NCBI RefSeq assembly: GCF_014280175.1
Contig: NZ_CP047931.1
Span: forward strand, 330,001 to 362,000
DNA from: Synechococcus sp. A15-28
Lineage (GTDB): Bacteria; Cyanobacteriota; Cyanobacteriia; PCC-6307; Cyanobiaceae
Direction of reading: 5' to 3'
DNA: 32,000 bases
This document shows, in pieces, positions 1-8,603 of the stretch (the stretch's first letter is position 1; every line of letters starts with the position of its first letter). The translations under genes and the position numbers were made by a program. The notes below the pieces were generated by a model, which saw nothing but the letters and a program-made list of their open reading frames with translations, had not been told where the DNA came from and ran no database searches.

Positions 1-393
1 GTCATGGCCGAAGAACGTGCTGCCGGATCCCGTGGCCAGCACCAGGTGGTCGTAGCTGTAGGCCTTGCCGTTGAAAACGATCTGCTTGCCTTCGGGATAA
101 ACGTTGGTCACCTCTCCCAGCAGCACCTGAACGTTGCTTTGCTTGCCAACCAGCTCCCGCAGGGGGGTGGCGATGTCTCCGCGGGACACCAGACCCGTGG
201 AGACCTGATAAAGCAAAGGCTGGAACAGGTTGAAGTTGCGCTTGTCAATCAAGGTGATGCGCACATCCGCCTTGGCCAGAGCCTTGCAGGCATGCACACC
301 GGCAAACCCCCCACCGACAATCACCACATGGGGTGCATGGCGGAGACGTTCCTCGGGGGGGTCCAGTTCAAGAAAGAAATGCTCGCCTGCCAT
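1..393 (-). CDS. Type II NADH dehydrogenase / FAD-dependent pyridine nucleotide-disulphide oxidoreductase, N-terminal part (truncated by left window edge)
   Basis: The reverse strand from ATG at 393 reads MAGEHFFLELDPPEERLRHAPHVVIVGGGFAGVHACKALAKADVRITLIDKRNFNLFQPLLYQVSTGLVSRGDIATPLRELVGKQSNVQVLLGEV... with the FAD-binding GGGFAG motif and the NDH-2 'NxFxPLLYQVxTG' signature. It is absent from the ORF track because it runs off the edge. Confidence 0.85.
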   Translation of the reverse strand, partial: MAGEHFFLELDPPEERLRHAPHVVIVGGGFAGVHACKALAKADVRITLIDKRNFNLFQPLLYQVSTGLVSRGDIATPLRELVGKQSNVQVLLGEVTNVYPEGKQIVFNGKAYSYDHLVLATGSGSTFFGHD

Positions 394-465
394 AGCTTCG
401 AGGAAGGACTTTCCCGAAGGGTATGGATCTGATTCAGGTTTGTCCGTGCTCTGGTTGGCCTCGTG

Positions 466-789
466 TCACAGCAGCTTGAAGGCTTCGAGAAACAGGCCGT
501 AAAGCAGTCCGATTCGGCTCATGCCCAGCACTTGATGGAGAAGGGCCGATGAACCGCTGTTGCGCATTCGAACGGTGAATTCAGTGCCCACAACAACGAT
601 GAAGGCTCCGATGGGATCCATCTGGCCCAGAACACCGGCCACAGAGGTGATGGCACTGCCCACGAAAAATCCAAACAGGGCCGCGATGCTGAGCACAGAC
701 AACCGACGCCAGGGATTACTCGCCCAGGCTTCAATTTGTTGAAGAGCGTTCCCGAAGCTTCGTTGCAGACGCGTCGACTGAAGCTGCAC
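466..789 (-). CDS. Ycf20-like membrane protein (DUF565)
   Basis: 107 aa ORF with 'RRLSVLSIAALFGFFVGSAITSVAGVLGQMDPIGAF', resembling the Ycf20/DUF565 core. Confidence 0.7.
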   Translation of the reverse strand: MQLQSTRLQRSFGNALQQIEAWASNPWRRLSVLSIAALFGFFVGSAITSVAGVLGQMDPIGAFIVVVGTEFTVRMRNSGSSALLHQVLGMSRIGLLYGLFLEAFKLL

Positions 790-928
790 GATTGGCTTTT
801 AAGGGAAAAGGGGCAGGGAAGAACGTTTGGTGATCCCCATCACCCGACCATAACCCTGCCAGCCATAGTGTGCACCACATCTAGTGGTTGTGCATGTATC
901 AGGCCCTACAGATAGGGGAGAGTTCACG

Positions 929-952
929 AAAAAGCCCGGGAATGTCCCGGGC
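929..952 (-). terminator. Candidate Rho-independent terminator downstream of the minus-strand ORF 1018..1224
   Basis: Minus strand reads GCCCGGG-ACATT-CCCGGGC followed by TTTTT (7 bp GC stem, 5 nt loop, T-run). Confidence 0.55.
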
Positions 953-1017
953 CGGGGGATGGGGATTGGCGCAGCAAAGCCCTTCATCTGGGCTTTGGCA
1001 ACCCGCTTGCCAACAAC

Positions 1018-1224
1018 TCAGCTGGACTCAGCTTTCGCCTTTCTGGACGACTTGCCCTCCAGAAGCTCCAGAAGAGCTTCCATCTGGGCCATCACGCCGC
1101 GAACTTCTCCAGCTTCCGGCAGCAGGCCATCCTCCATGACGCCCTGATGCATCTCCCTGAGCTCCTGGCGGATGTAGCGCAGGTGACTAACGACTTGCTC
1201 GCGCTTCGACTGCGACATCGACAA
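1018..1224 (-). CDS. Small hypothetical protein
   Basis: 68 aa ORF, MSMSQSKREQVVSHLRYIRQELREMHQGVMEDGLLPEAGEV..., with a helical, polar, protein-like composition and a terminator-like hairpin downstream. Confidence 0.55.
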   Translation of the reverse strand: MSMSQSKREQVVSHLRYIRQELREMHQGVMEDGLLPEAGEVRGVMAQMEALLELLEGKSSRKAKAESS

Positions 1225-1233
1225 CAGGACATT

Positions 1234-1407
1234 TCACTCTTCCCTTTTACCCCATGGTGTGTCATGCCGTGGCAGGTACGGAGGTCTGACGGCTCCCAGG
1301 CCAGCCGCCAAGCTCAGCACAGAAAACGTCAACAGGGCATCTGGGCGCGCCAGCACAGCCAGCATCACGACAGCCGCGAGGGCGAAGTACCGACCCATAA
1401 GGGCCAT
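1234..1407 (-). CDS. Possible small secreted or membrane protein
   Basis: 57 aa reverse-strand ORF not in the supplied track (below its length cut-off): MALMGRYFALAAVVMLAVLARPDALLTFSVLSLAAGLGAVRPPYLPRHDTPWGKREE*. It has a hydrophobic N-terminus. Confidence 0.35.
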   Translation of the reverse strand: MALMGRYFALAAVVMLAVLARPDALLTFSVLSLAAGLGAVRPPYLPRHDTPWGKREE

Positions 1408-1417
1408 CAATCATGTA

Positions 1418-1490
1418 TGGAGAATAGGGGACTCGAACCCCTGACCTCTGCGGTGCGATCGCAGCGCTCTACCAGCTGAGCTAATTCCCC
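1418..1490 (-). tRNA. tRNA-Ala (anticodon CGC)
   Basis: Reverse strand GGGGAATTAGCTCAGCTGGTAGAGCGCTGCGATCGCACCGCAGAGGTCAGGGGTTCGAGTCCCCTATTCTCCA. It has a 7 bp acceptor stem (one G-U), D-arm, anticodon stem CTGCG/CGCAG with loop ATCGCAC, and the T-arm GGTTCGAGTCC. CCA is not encoded. Confidence 0.95.
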
Positions 1491-1543
1491 GCCAGGTCAC
1501 GCTAGCCCTGAGTCACACTTGTTAGGTCAGGCCCGATGCAGCG

Positions 1544-1771
1544 ATGACCACCGCTCCAGGATCCGCCACCCCGATCACTCCCGAACGCCTGGCCCAGTTC
1601 GATGAAGAGTCCATCGCTGTTCTGGCGAGACGGTTGGATGAAGACGACTACCCCACACCGTTTGAAGGACTGTCGGACTGGCACCTGCTCCGTGCCCTGG
1701 CCATCCATCGTCCGGAACTGACGGCCCCCTTCGTGCACCTGGTGGATCAGGAACCGTTCGATGAGGACTAA
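1544..1771 (+). CDS. Conserved cyanobacterial small protein (DUF2555-like)
   Basis: 75 aa: MTTAPGSATPITPERLAQFDEESIAVLARRLDEDDYPTPFEGLSDWHLLRALAIHRPELTAPFVHLVDQEPFDED. Confidence 0.65.
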   Translation: MTTAPGSATPITPERLAQFDEESIAVLARRLDEDDYPTPFEGLSDWHLLRALAIHRPELTAPFVHLVDQEPFDED

Positions 1772-3068
1772 GGTCTCCACTCCTCTCAAGGGCCGGCGGC
1801 TTCTGGTTGCTGTCAGCGGCAGCATCGCTGCGGTGAAGACGCCGCTTCTGGTCAGTGCCCTGGTGAAGGCAGGGGCTGAAGTCCGCTGCCTGGTCACCCC
1901 CAGTGCAGCGAAGTTGGTGAGCCCGCTTGCCTTGGCGACCCTGAGTCGTCATCGCTGTTATGGGGAGGACGACGAATGGGACTCGTCCTGCAGTCGGCCG
2001 CTGCACATCGATCTGGCGGATTGGGCTGAACTCATCCTGCTGGCCCCCCTGAGTGCCACCAGCCTCAGCCGCTGGAGCCAGGGGTCTGCGGATGGTCTGC
2101 TCGCCAGCGTGCTCCTGGCTTGTGAGTGCCCTGTCCTGGCCGCTATCGCCATGAACACGGCGATGTGGAACCACCCCGCCGTTCAACGCAACTGGGAGCT
2201 GGTGCAGACCTTTCCGGGCGTGGTTCCCCTGTTGCCTCAGCCAGGCCTTCTGGCCTGCGATCGCCGCGGCGATGGGCGCATGGCGGATCCGTTGCTGATC
2301 GAGCTGGCGGCCACCAGCCTGTTCAGCCGTGGTGATGCCGGTCCCGTTGCAAAGCTCGACTGGAGCGGACGACGACTTCTGGTGACGGCGGGGCCGACCG
2401 TTGAGCCCATTGATCAGGCCCGTCTGATCACGAATCGCAGCAGTGGGGCGATGGGAGTGTTGCTGGCCCAGGCTGCTCGTTTGAGGGGAGCTGAGGTCGC
2501 GTTGGTGCACGGCCCCCTGCAGGTGCCGGAGCCCTGGTTGGAGTCCCTCCACTGTCATCCGGTCCAGAGCGCTGCGGAGATGCAGATGGTGTTGCAGCAG
2601 AAGCAGGCTGACGTCGATGCGATCGCCATGGCGGCGGCCGTCGCTGATCTGCGTCGTGTTGCCACAGGCGACGTCTCCACAGCAGGCAAAGCCGCCAAGG
2701 CGGATCTGGCGCTCAGGCTTTCCGATGGCTGGGAGCTGGTGCCCGATCTGTTGCAGGGGTTGGCTGCGCGACGTCCGGCGATGCAGTTGATTCTTGGATT
2801 TGCTGCCTTGACCGGTGAAGACGCTGAACTTCTGCGTCGCGGAGAAGAGAAGCGCCTCCGCAAGGGTTGTGATCTGCTGTTCGTCAATCCCATTGATCGT
2901 CCCGGGCAGGGATTCGGCCAGGCCCGGAACGGCGGCTGGCTCCTCGGGAACGGATGGTCCAAGGAATTGCCGGTGACTGGAAAGCTGCAGCTGGCCCATC
3001 AGCTGCTGGATGCTCTCCTGGCGCTCAGGCAGCCATCCCCAGCGAGTCCTGTCCCAGCAGATCGATGA
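1761..3068 (+). CDS. coaBC: Bifunctional phosphopantothenoylcysteine decarboxylase / phosphopantothenate-cysteine ligase
   Basis: 435 aa. Flavoprotein N-domain 'RLLVAVSGSIAAVKTPLLVSAL...APLSATSLSRWSQGSADGLLASVLL...AIAMNTAMW', followed by the ligase domain 'LLVTAGPTVEPIDQARLITNRSSGAMG'. The start overlaps the preceding ORF. Confidence 0.93.
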   Translation: MRTKVSTPLKGRRLLVAVSGSIAAVKTPLLVSALVKAGAEVRCLVTPSAAKLVSPLALATLSRHRCYGEDDEWDSSCSRPLHIDLADWAELILLAPLSATSLSRWSQGSADGLLASVLLACECPVLAAIAMNTAMWNHPAVQRNWELVQTFPGVVPLLPQPGLLACDRRGDGRMADPLLIELAATSLFSRGDAGPVAKLDWSGRRLLVTAGPTVEPIDQARLITNRSSGAMGVLLAQAARLRGAEVALVHGPLQVPEPWLESLHCHPVQSAAEMQMVLQQKQADVDAIAMAAAVADLRRVATGDVSTAGKAAKADLALRLSDGWELVPDLLQGLAARRPAMQLILGFAALTGEDAELLRRGEEKRLRKGCDLLFVNPIDRPGQGFGQARNGGWLLGNGWSKELPVTGKLQLAHQLLDALLALRQPSPASPVPADR

Positions 3069-3372
3069 AGGTGCGCAATTGAAGTCTGGGGATGTAGGGC
3101 CATCCGCCGCTTTTCTCCATCATCTGCAGCAGGGAAAACAGTTTCTGACGGTTTTCCGGAAGGCTCTGGCGGAAAGGACCGTCCTGTACGTCGCGATGCA
3201 CAGCTTCGAGTTCCCGCAATAAAAGGAGGAGGTTGTCGGGGTTGTTCTGTTCCTGATCCGCCAGGGCACGCAATTCCTGCAGCAGTGGTGCCAGCCGATC
3301 GTGCAGTGGTTGTTGCTCTTGGCTGTTCAAAGGGCTCCTGAAAGATGTTGAGAGCTGCGAAAGGCTAGCCAT
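3025..3372 (-). CDS. Hypothetical protein (conserved-looking)
   Basis: 115 aa ORF with a coherent charged and helical composition. It overlaps coaBC convergently by 44 bp, so its true extent is uncertain. Confidence 0.5.
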   Translation of the reverse strand: MASLSQLSTSFRSPLNSQEQQPLHDRLAPLLQELRALADQEQNNPDNLLLLLRELEAVHRDVQDGPFRQSLPENRQKLFSLLQMMEKSGGWPYIPRLQLRTFIDLLGQDSLGMAA

Positions 3373-3451
3373 GAAGCCGGTTTAACCCTTGTAGGATCCG
3401 AGACTGACGGTGATCTCCGTCTGTACAGCGTTCAGCCCTCCGGCTTCTCCC

Positions 3452-4282
3452 ATGCGCATCCGTCCTCTGCTGGCCGTCGTGCTGGCGCTCTGTCTCGCTT
3501 TTTTCACTACTGCCTGCAGTGGCGACAGTGAAGCTGTTCAGCGTGGCGGGTCCAACGTGACCTACGACGACATTCACAACACCGGTAAAGCCAACGATTG
3601 CCCCACGATCGGCGACTCCGCCCGTGGTTCGATCGCGCTGAGTGAGGGCGGCAGCTACGAGCTGCGTGAGATCTGCATGCACCCCGTCCAGGTGTACGCC
3701 AAGGAGGAGCCCAAGAACGTGCGCCAGCAGGCCGAGTTCGTTGAGGGCAAGATCCTGACCCGTTACACCTCCAGTCTCGATGAGGTCTTCGGCGATCTGA
3801 AGGTGACCGAGGCCGGCCTCGAATTCCAAGAGAAAGGTGGCATCGACTTCCAGCCCATCACCGTTCTGGTGCCCGGTGGCGAGGAGTTCCCCTTCACCTT
3901 CTCCAGCAAGTCCCTCAAGGCCACTGCTGACGGTGCAGCGCTGACCACCAGCACCGACTTCGAAGGCACCTACCGCACCCCCAGTTACCGCACCAGCAAC
4001 TTCATCGACCCCAAGGGACGGGCCCTCACCACGGGCGTGCAGTACGCCCAGGGTCTGGTGGCTCTCGGCGGCGATGACGAGCAGCTGGAAAAAGACAACA
4101 ACAAGCGCTACATCGATGGCGTCGGCACGATGAGCCTCTCGATCACCAAGGTGGATCCTGAAACCGGTGAATTCGCCGGTGTGTTCAGCGCCATCCAGCC
4201 CTCCGACTCCGACATGGGTGGACGTGAAGTGGTGGACATCAAAATCACCGGTGATCTCTATGGCCGGCTTGAAGAGGCCTGA
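3452..4282 (+). CDS. psbO: Photosystem II manganese-stabilising extrinsic protein PsbO
   Basis: 'NVTYDDIHNTGKANDCPTIGDSARGSIALSEGGSYELREICMHPVQVYAKEEPKNVRQQAEFVEGKILTRYTSSLDEV' is a diagnostic PsbO N-region. The likely start is the internal ATG at 3452 (MRIRPLLAVVLALCLAFFTTAC). Confidence 0.96.
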   Translation: MRIRPLLAVVLALCLAFFTTACSGDSEAVQRGGSNVTYDDIHNTGKANDCPTIGDSARGSIALSEGGSYELREICMHPVQVYAKEEPKNVRQQAEFVEGKILTRYTSSLDEVFGDLKVTEAGLEFQEKGGIDFQPITVLVPGGEEFPFTFSSKSLKATADGAALTTSTDFEGTYRTPSYRTSNFIDPKGRALTTGVQYAQGLVALGGDDEQLEKDNNKRYIDGVGTMSLSITKVDPETGEFAGVFSAIQPSDSDMGGREVVDIKITGDLYGRLEEA

Positions 4283-4311
4283 TCTCGGCGATTGATCAAG
4301 TGATCGTCTTG

Positions 4312-4334
4312 AGGGGGCTTAGGCCCCCTTTTTT
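4312..4334 (+). terminator. Rho-independent terminator of psbO
   Basis: AGGGGGC-TTAG-GCCCCCT followed by TTTTT, about 30 nt after the psbO stop. Confidence 0.85.
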
Positions 4335-4392
4335 GATGCCTGGTGACAAATCGCGATGATCTGGGAGAATCGCCCGGACTTCAGGCCTTGCC

Positions 4393-5565
4393 ATGACCGC
4401 CAGCGCACCTGCTTCTGCCCAGCGATCCGGTGTGATTGCTCCCTACGGCGGGTCCCTGGTGGATCTGATGGTGCCCCAGGCCGAGCGGGAGGCGGTCAAG
4501 GCCACGGCCTCCAAGTCGCTGGAATGCTCAGACCGCAATGCCTGCGATGTGGAACTGCTGGTTGTGGGTGGTTTCTCCCCCCTGCGGGGCTTCATGCATC
4601 AGGAGGATTATGACGCTGTCGTGAGCGGCCATCGCCTGGCGGCCGGCCAGCTGTTCGGCCTGCCGATCGTGATGGACACCGACCGCGATGACGTGGTGGT
4701 CGGTGACACGGTGCTGCTGACCTACAAGGGGCAGGACCTCGCCGTTCTGCAGGTGGAGGCCAAGTGGGAACCCAACAAGGTGGCGGAAGCCCAGGGCTGC
4801 TACGGCACCACCTCCATTGAGCACCCTGCAGTGCGGATGATCACCATGGAGCGCAAGCGCTTCTACCTGGGAGGCAGCCTCAAGGGCCTTGAACTGCCCC
4901 AGCGCGTGTTCCCCTGCAAGACGCCGGCCCAGGTGCGCGCCGGTCTCCCCGATGGACAGGACGTGGTTGCTTTCCAGTGCCGCAACCCGATTCACCGTGC
5001 CCATTACGAGCTGTTCACCCGCGCCCTTCACGCCCAGAACGTCAGCGAGAACGCCGTGGTGCTGGTGCACCCCACCTGTGGCCCCACACAGCAGGACGAC
5101 ATTCCTGGTGCCGTCCGCTTCCAGACCTACGAGCGCCTGGCCGCTGAGGTGAACAACGACCGGATTCGCTGGGCCTACCTGCCCTACGCCATGCACATGG
5201 CGGGTCCCCGTGAAGCCCTGCAGCACATGATCATCCGCCGCAACTACGGCTGCACGCATTTCATCATCGGCCGCGACATGGCGGGTTGTAAGTCCTCCCT
5301 GAGCGGGGACGACTTCTACGGCCCCTACGACGCCCAGAACTTCGCCAAGGAGTGCGCACCCGAGCTGACGATGGAAACCGTGCCCTCCCTGAACCTCGTT
5401 TACACCGAGGAAGAGGGCTACGTCACCGCCGAACATGCCGAAGCCCGTGGCCTGTATGTGAAGAAACTCAGCGGCACGCAGTTCCGCAAGATGCTGCGCG
5501 GTGGCGAGGAAATTCCCGAGTGGTTCGCCTTCAAGAGCGTCGTTGAAGTGCTTCGAGCCGCCTGA
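4393..5565 (+). CDS. sat: Sulfate adenylyltransferase (ATP sulfurylase)
   Basis: 390 aa with 'VVAFQCRNPIHRAHYELFTRAL', 'VLVHPTCGPTQQDDIP' and 'RRNYGCTHFIIGRDMAG'. Confidence 0.95.
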   Translation: MTASAPASAQRSGVIAPYGGSLVDLMVPQAEREAVKATASKSLECSDRNACDVELLVVGGFSPLRGFMHQEDYDAVVSGHRLAAGQLFGLPIVMDTDRDDVVVGDTVLLTYKGQDLAVLQVEAKWEPNKVAEAQGCYGTTSIEHPAVRMITMERKRFYLGGSLKGLELPQRVFPCKTPAQVRAGLPDGQDVVAFQCRNPIHRAHYELFTRALHAQNVSENAVVLVHPTCGPTQQDDIPGAVRFQTYERLAAEVNNDRIRWAYLPYAMHMAGPREALQHMIIRRNYGCTHFIIGRDMAGCKSSLSGDDFYGPYDAQNFAKECAPELTMETVPSLNLVYTEEEGYVTAEHAEARGLYVKKLSGTQFRKMLRGGEEIPEWFAFKSVVEVLRAA

Positions 5566-5611
5566 TCCCTGAGGACCCGTTTAACATTCCTTCATCTGAG
5601 CGACGAGAGCC

Positions 5612-7459
5612 TTGAACAAGCGTTGGCGCAACATCGGCCTGACGGCCCTGCTAGTCCTGGCGATCGTGGTGATCGCTCCGGCTTTCCTCGGTGGTGGCAA
5701 CACCCAGCAGGAAGCACGGACCATGCGCTACAGCGACTTCGTTGAAGCGGTTGAGGACAACCAGATCAGCCGTGTGCTGATCTCCCCCGACCGGGGGACT
5801 GCGCAGGTGGTTGAAAACGATGGTCGTCGCGCCCAGGTCAACCTGGCTCCCGATAAGGAACTCCTCGGTCTGCTGACACAGCACGATGTGGACATTGCCG
5901 TTCAGCCCACTCGTCAGGCTCCGGCCTGGCAGCAGGCAGCTGGAAGCCTGATCTTCCCGCTGTTGTTGCTCGGTGGTCTGTTCTTCCTCTTCCGCCGGGC
6001 CCAGGGCGGTGGCGGTGGCAATCCGGCGATGCAGTTCGGCAAGAGCAAGGCCAGGGTTCAGATGGAGCCCTCCACCCAAGTCACCTTCACCGATGTCGCT
6101 GGCATTGAAGGGGCCAAGCTCGAGCTGACGGAGGTCGTTGACTTCCTCAAAAACCCGGATCGCTTCACGGCAGTTGGCGCCAAGATTCCCAAGGGTGTGC
6201 TTTTGGTGGGTCCTCCCGGCACCGGTAAGACCCTGCTTGCCAAAGCCGTCGCCGGTGAAGCTGGCGTTCCGTTTTTCTCGATCTCCGGCTCTGAATTCGT
6301 TGAGATGTTCGTCGGAGTCGGTGCCAGCCGCGTCCGCGATCTGTTCGAGCAAGCCAAGAAAAATGCACCTTGCATCGTCTTCATCGATGAGATCGATGCG
6401 GTTGGTCGTCAGCGGGGGGCTGGCCTCGGTGGCGGTAACGATGAGCGGGAACAGACCCTCAACCAGCTCCTGACGGAGATGGATGGTTTTGAAGGCAATA
6501 CCGGCATCATCATCGTGGCGGCCACCAACCGCCCGGATGTCCTGGATGCTGCGCTCATGCGTCCCGGTCGTTTTGATCGCCAGGTGACCGTCGACCGTCC
6601 CGATTACTCCGGTCGTCTCCAGATCCTCAACGTTCACGCCCGCGGCAAGACGTTGTCCAAGGACGTCGATCTGGACAAGGTGGCCCGTCGTACCCCCGGT
6701 TACACCGGTGCAGACCTCGCCAACTTGCTCAACGAGGCAGCAATCCTGGCCGCCCGTCGTGAACTGACCGAGGTCAGTAACGACGAGATCAGCGACGCCA
6801 TTGAGCGCGTCATGGCTGGTCCTGAGAAGAAGGATCGGGTGATGAGTGAACGCCGGAAGCGCTTGGTCGCCTATCACGAGGCTGGTCACGCCCTGGTGGG
6901 TGCGTTGATGCCTGACTACGACCCTGTTCAGAAGATCTCGATCATCCCCCGAGGCAATGCCGGTGGTCTGACCTTCTTCACCCCCAGTGAAGAGCGAATG
7001 GAGTCGGGCCTTTATTCCCGGGCTTACCTGCAGAACCAGATGGCCGTGGCTCTTGGCGGTCGTGTCGCCGAAGAGATTGTCTACGGCGAAGATGAAGTCA
7101 CCACGGGTGCCTCCAACGACCTGCAGCAGGTGGCATCCACGGCGCGCCAGATGATCACTCGCTTCGGCATGAGCGACACCCTTGGCCCGGTGGCCCTTGG
7201 CCGAGCCCAGGGAGGCATGTTCCTCGGCCGCGACATTGCTGCCGAGCGCGACTTCTCCGAGAACACCGCGGCCACCATCGACAAGGAGGTGTCCGACCTC
7301 GTTGACGTGGCCTACAAGCGCGCCACCAAGGTGCTGGTGGACAACCGGGCCGTTCTGGACGAGCTGGCCGACATGTTGGTGGAGCAGGAGACCGTCGACG
7401 CAGAAGAATTGCAGGAGCTTCTGATCACCCGCGACGTCCGCGTTGCCGAATACATTTGA
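5612..7459 (+). CDS. ftsH: ATP-dependent zinc metalloprotease FtsH
   Basis: 615 aa with Walker A GPPGTGKT, '[11 protein letters not shown]', '[21 protein letters not shown]', and HEAGH zinc site. The TTG start at 5612 is plausible. Confidence 0.97.
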   Translation: MNKRWRNIGLTALLVLAIVVIAPAFLGGGNTQQEARTMRYSDFVEAVEDNQISRVLISPDRGTAQVVENDGRRAQVNLAPDKELLGLLTQHDVDIAVQPTRQAPAWQQAAGSLIFPLLLLGGLFFLFRRAQGGGGGNPAMQFGKSKARVQMEPSTQVTFTDVAGIEGAKLELTEVVDFLKNPDRFTAVGAKIPKGVLLVGPPGTGKTLLAKAVAGEAGVPFFSISGSEFVEMFVGVGASRVRDLFEQAKKNAPCIVFIDEIDAVGRQRGAGLGGGNDEREQTLNQLLTEMDGFEGNTGIIIVAATNRPDVLDAALMRPGRFDRQVTVDRPDYSGRLQILNVHARGKTLSKDVDLDKVARRTPGYTGADLANLLNEAAILAARRELTEVSNDEISDAIERVMAGPEKKDRVMSERRKRLVAYHEAGHALVGALMPDYDPVQKISIIPRGNAGGLTFFTPSEERMESGLYSRAYLQNQMAVALGGRVAEEIVYGEDEVTTGASNDLQQVASTARQMITRFGMSDTLGPVALGRAQGGMFLGRDIAAERDFSENTAATIDKEVSDLVDVAYKRATKVLVDNRAVLDELADMLVEQETVDAEELQELLITRDVRVAEYI

Positions 7460-8114
7460 ACGACCGATCTGGTTGCAGCGGCAGGAGGCGTTGATCGCCT
7501 CGTTGTCGGCTCAGCCGATCCTGGTCGTGGTTCGGCCTGATCCGGCCGATCTCAATGGTGCTGATGGTCCGGGGTCACTCCTGGACCATTTGTGCTGTCT
7601 GGAGACAGTCGGTCTTCGCCACGTGGAGATCGGCTGGGGGCCTGACGGCCAATGGCGTGGCTTTGTTCAGCGCGTGCGTCAGAAGTGTCCCGCCCTGCAG
7701 TTGGGAGCTGCCTCGGTTCTCAATGCCGAGGCCCTTGCGGATCTGGAAGCCTGCGGACTTCCCTTTGCCATGTCGCCCTGTTTTGATCCGGCGTTGATTG
7801 AGCGGGCACGGCAACGGGGGATTCTGCTGGTGCCGGGGGTGTTCAGCCCCTCCGAAATTCAGCAGGCATCGGCCATGGACTGCGGTCTGGTCAAGCTGTT
7901 TCCTGCCGCCACCGTGGGTGTCGACTACCTCCAGCGTCTGCGGGCCCCGCTAGGCCCGCTGCCGAAAGTGATTGCCGCGGGGGGTCTGGCGGTGGCCGAC
8001 CTGGATGCCTGGTTAGAAGCAGGGCATGCCGCCGTGGCGTTGGGTCGACGTGTCATCGACGTTCAGGGGCCAGATCCCGCCTTGTTGCGCTGGCTGCAGA
8101 CGACGCCTAGTTGA
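7443..8114 (+). CDS. KDPG/KHG aldolase family protein (Eda-like)
   Basis: 223 aa with 'HVEIGWGP', 'PFAMSPCFDP', 'PGVFSPSEIQQA', 'GLVKLFPAATVGVDYLQRLRAPLGPLPKVIAAGGL'. It overlaps the 3' end of ftsH by 17 nt. Confidence 0.85.
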   Translation: MPNTFERPIWLQRQEALIASLSAQPILVVVRPDPADLNGADGPGSLLDHLCCLETVGLRHVEIGWGPDGQWRGFVQRVRQKCPALQLGAASVLNAEALADLEACGLPFAMSPCFDPALIERARQRGILLVPGVFSPSEIQQASAMDCGLVKLFPAATVGVDYLQRLRAPLGPLPKVIAAGGLAVADLDAWLEAGHAAVALGRRVIDVQGPDPALLRWLQTTPS

Positions 8115-8159
8115 CATCCGTCCAGGATGCTACAGATGAGATAGCCATTCCACTGCGTT

Positions 8160-8600
8160 ATGTCGCAGCTCACGATCAAGCTCAGCGACAAGGCGGATGC
8201 CCTGATCGCTCAGCTCCAGAAAGAGATCTTCAACCGTCGTCGCAAGAAGGTCTCGGCCGCCGGCGTGGTGGAGACCCTGGTGGAAAGCGGCGCCAAGTCC
8301 CAGTCGGACAAACGCTTCGCCACCTCCTGGACCAATCTGATCAAGGACATCGAGAAGGCGGCCAAGCTGGCCTACGCCCACGGCAGCAAGCCCTCCACCC
8401 TCAGCGATGAGGAGTGGGCCCTGGTCCTCAGCCATCGCAGCCGTTCCACCACAGCCCGTCCCCGACGGACCGTGAAGAAAAAAGTGGTGGCCACCAAGAA
8501 GTCGGCGGCCCGCCGGACGCGCACCCGCAGTTCCGCTGCGGGTGCAGAAGCGTCGACCGCCGTCAGCAGCAATGGCAAAGCGGCGGTCACCGCCGGCTGA
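8160..8600 (+). CDS. Conserved hypothetical protein with a Lys/Arg/Ala-rich C-terminal tail
   Basis: 146 aa. Compact N-terminal region MSQLTIKLSDKADALIAQLQKEIFNRRRKKVSAAGVVETLVESGAKSQSDKRF..., then a tail RPRRTVKKKVVATKKSAARRTRTRSSAAG. Confidence 0.75.
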   Translation: MSQLTIKLSDKADALIAQLQKEIFNRRRKKVSAAGVVETLVESGAKSQSDKRFATSWTNLIKDIEKAAKLAYAHGSKPSTLSDEEWALVLSHRSRSTTARPRRTVKKKVVATKKSAARRTRTRSSAAGAEASTAVSSNGKAAVTAG

Positions 8601-8603
8601 GCT

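Noticed and set aside
4-432. 142-aa plus-strand ORF at the left edge
   Set aside because: The opposite strand encodes a clear type II NADH dehydrogenase N-terminus with an FAD-binding motif.
1455-1475. GCGATCGC octamer (HIP1) considered as a notable repeat
   Set aside because: It coincides with the anticodon arm of tRNA-Ala(CGC), where the sequence is explained by tRNA structure.
1147-1479. 110-aa plus-strand ORF ending ...SCMENRGLEPLTSAVRSQRSTS
   Set aside because: 'NRGLEPLTSAVRSQRST' is the classic translation of the antisense strand of a tRNA. The region holds tRNA-Ala on the minus strand plus a better minus-strand ORF.
1575-2999. 474-aa minus-strand ORF
   Set aside because: Antisense to coaBC, compositionally Q/R/H-rich with no domain-like motifs. 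Typical shadow ORF in GC-rich coding DNA.
4528-5436. 302-aa minus-strand ORF
   Set aside because: Antisense shadow of ATP sulfurylase.
5651-6889. 412-aa minus-strand ORF
   Set aside because: Antisense shadow of ftsH, with no recognisable motifs.
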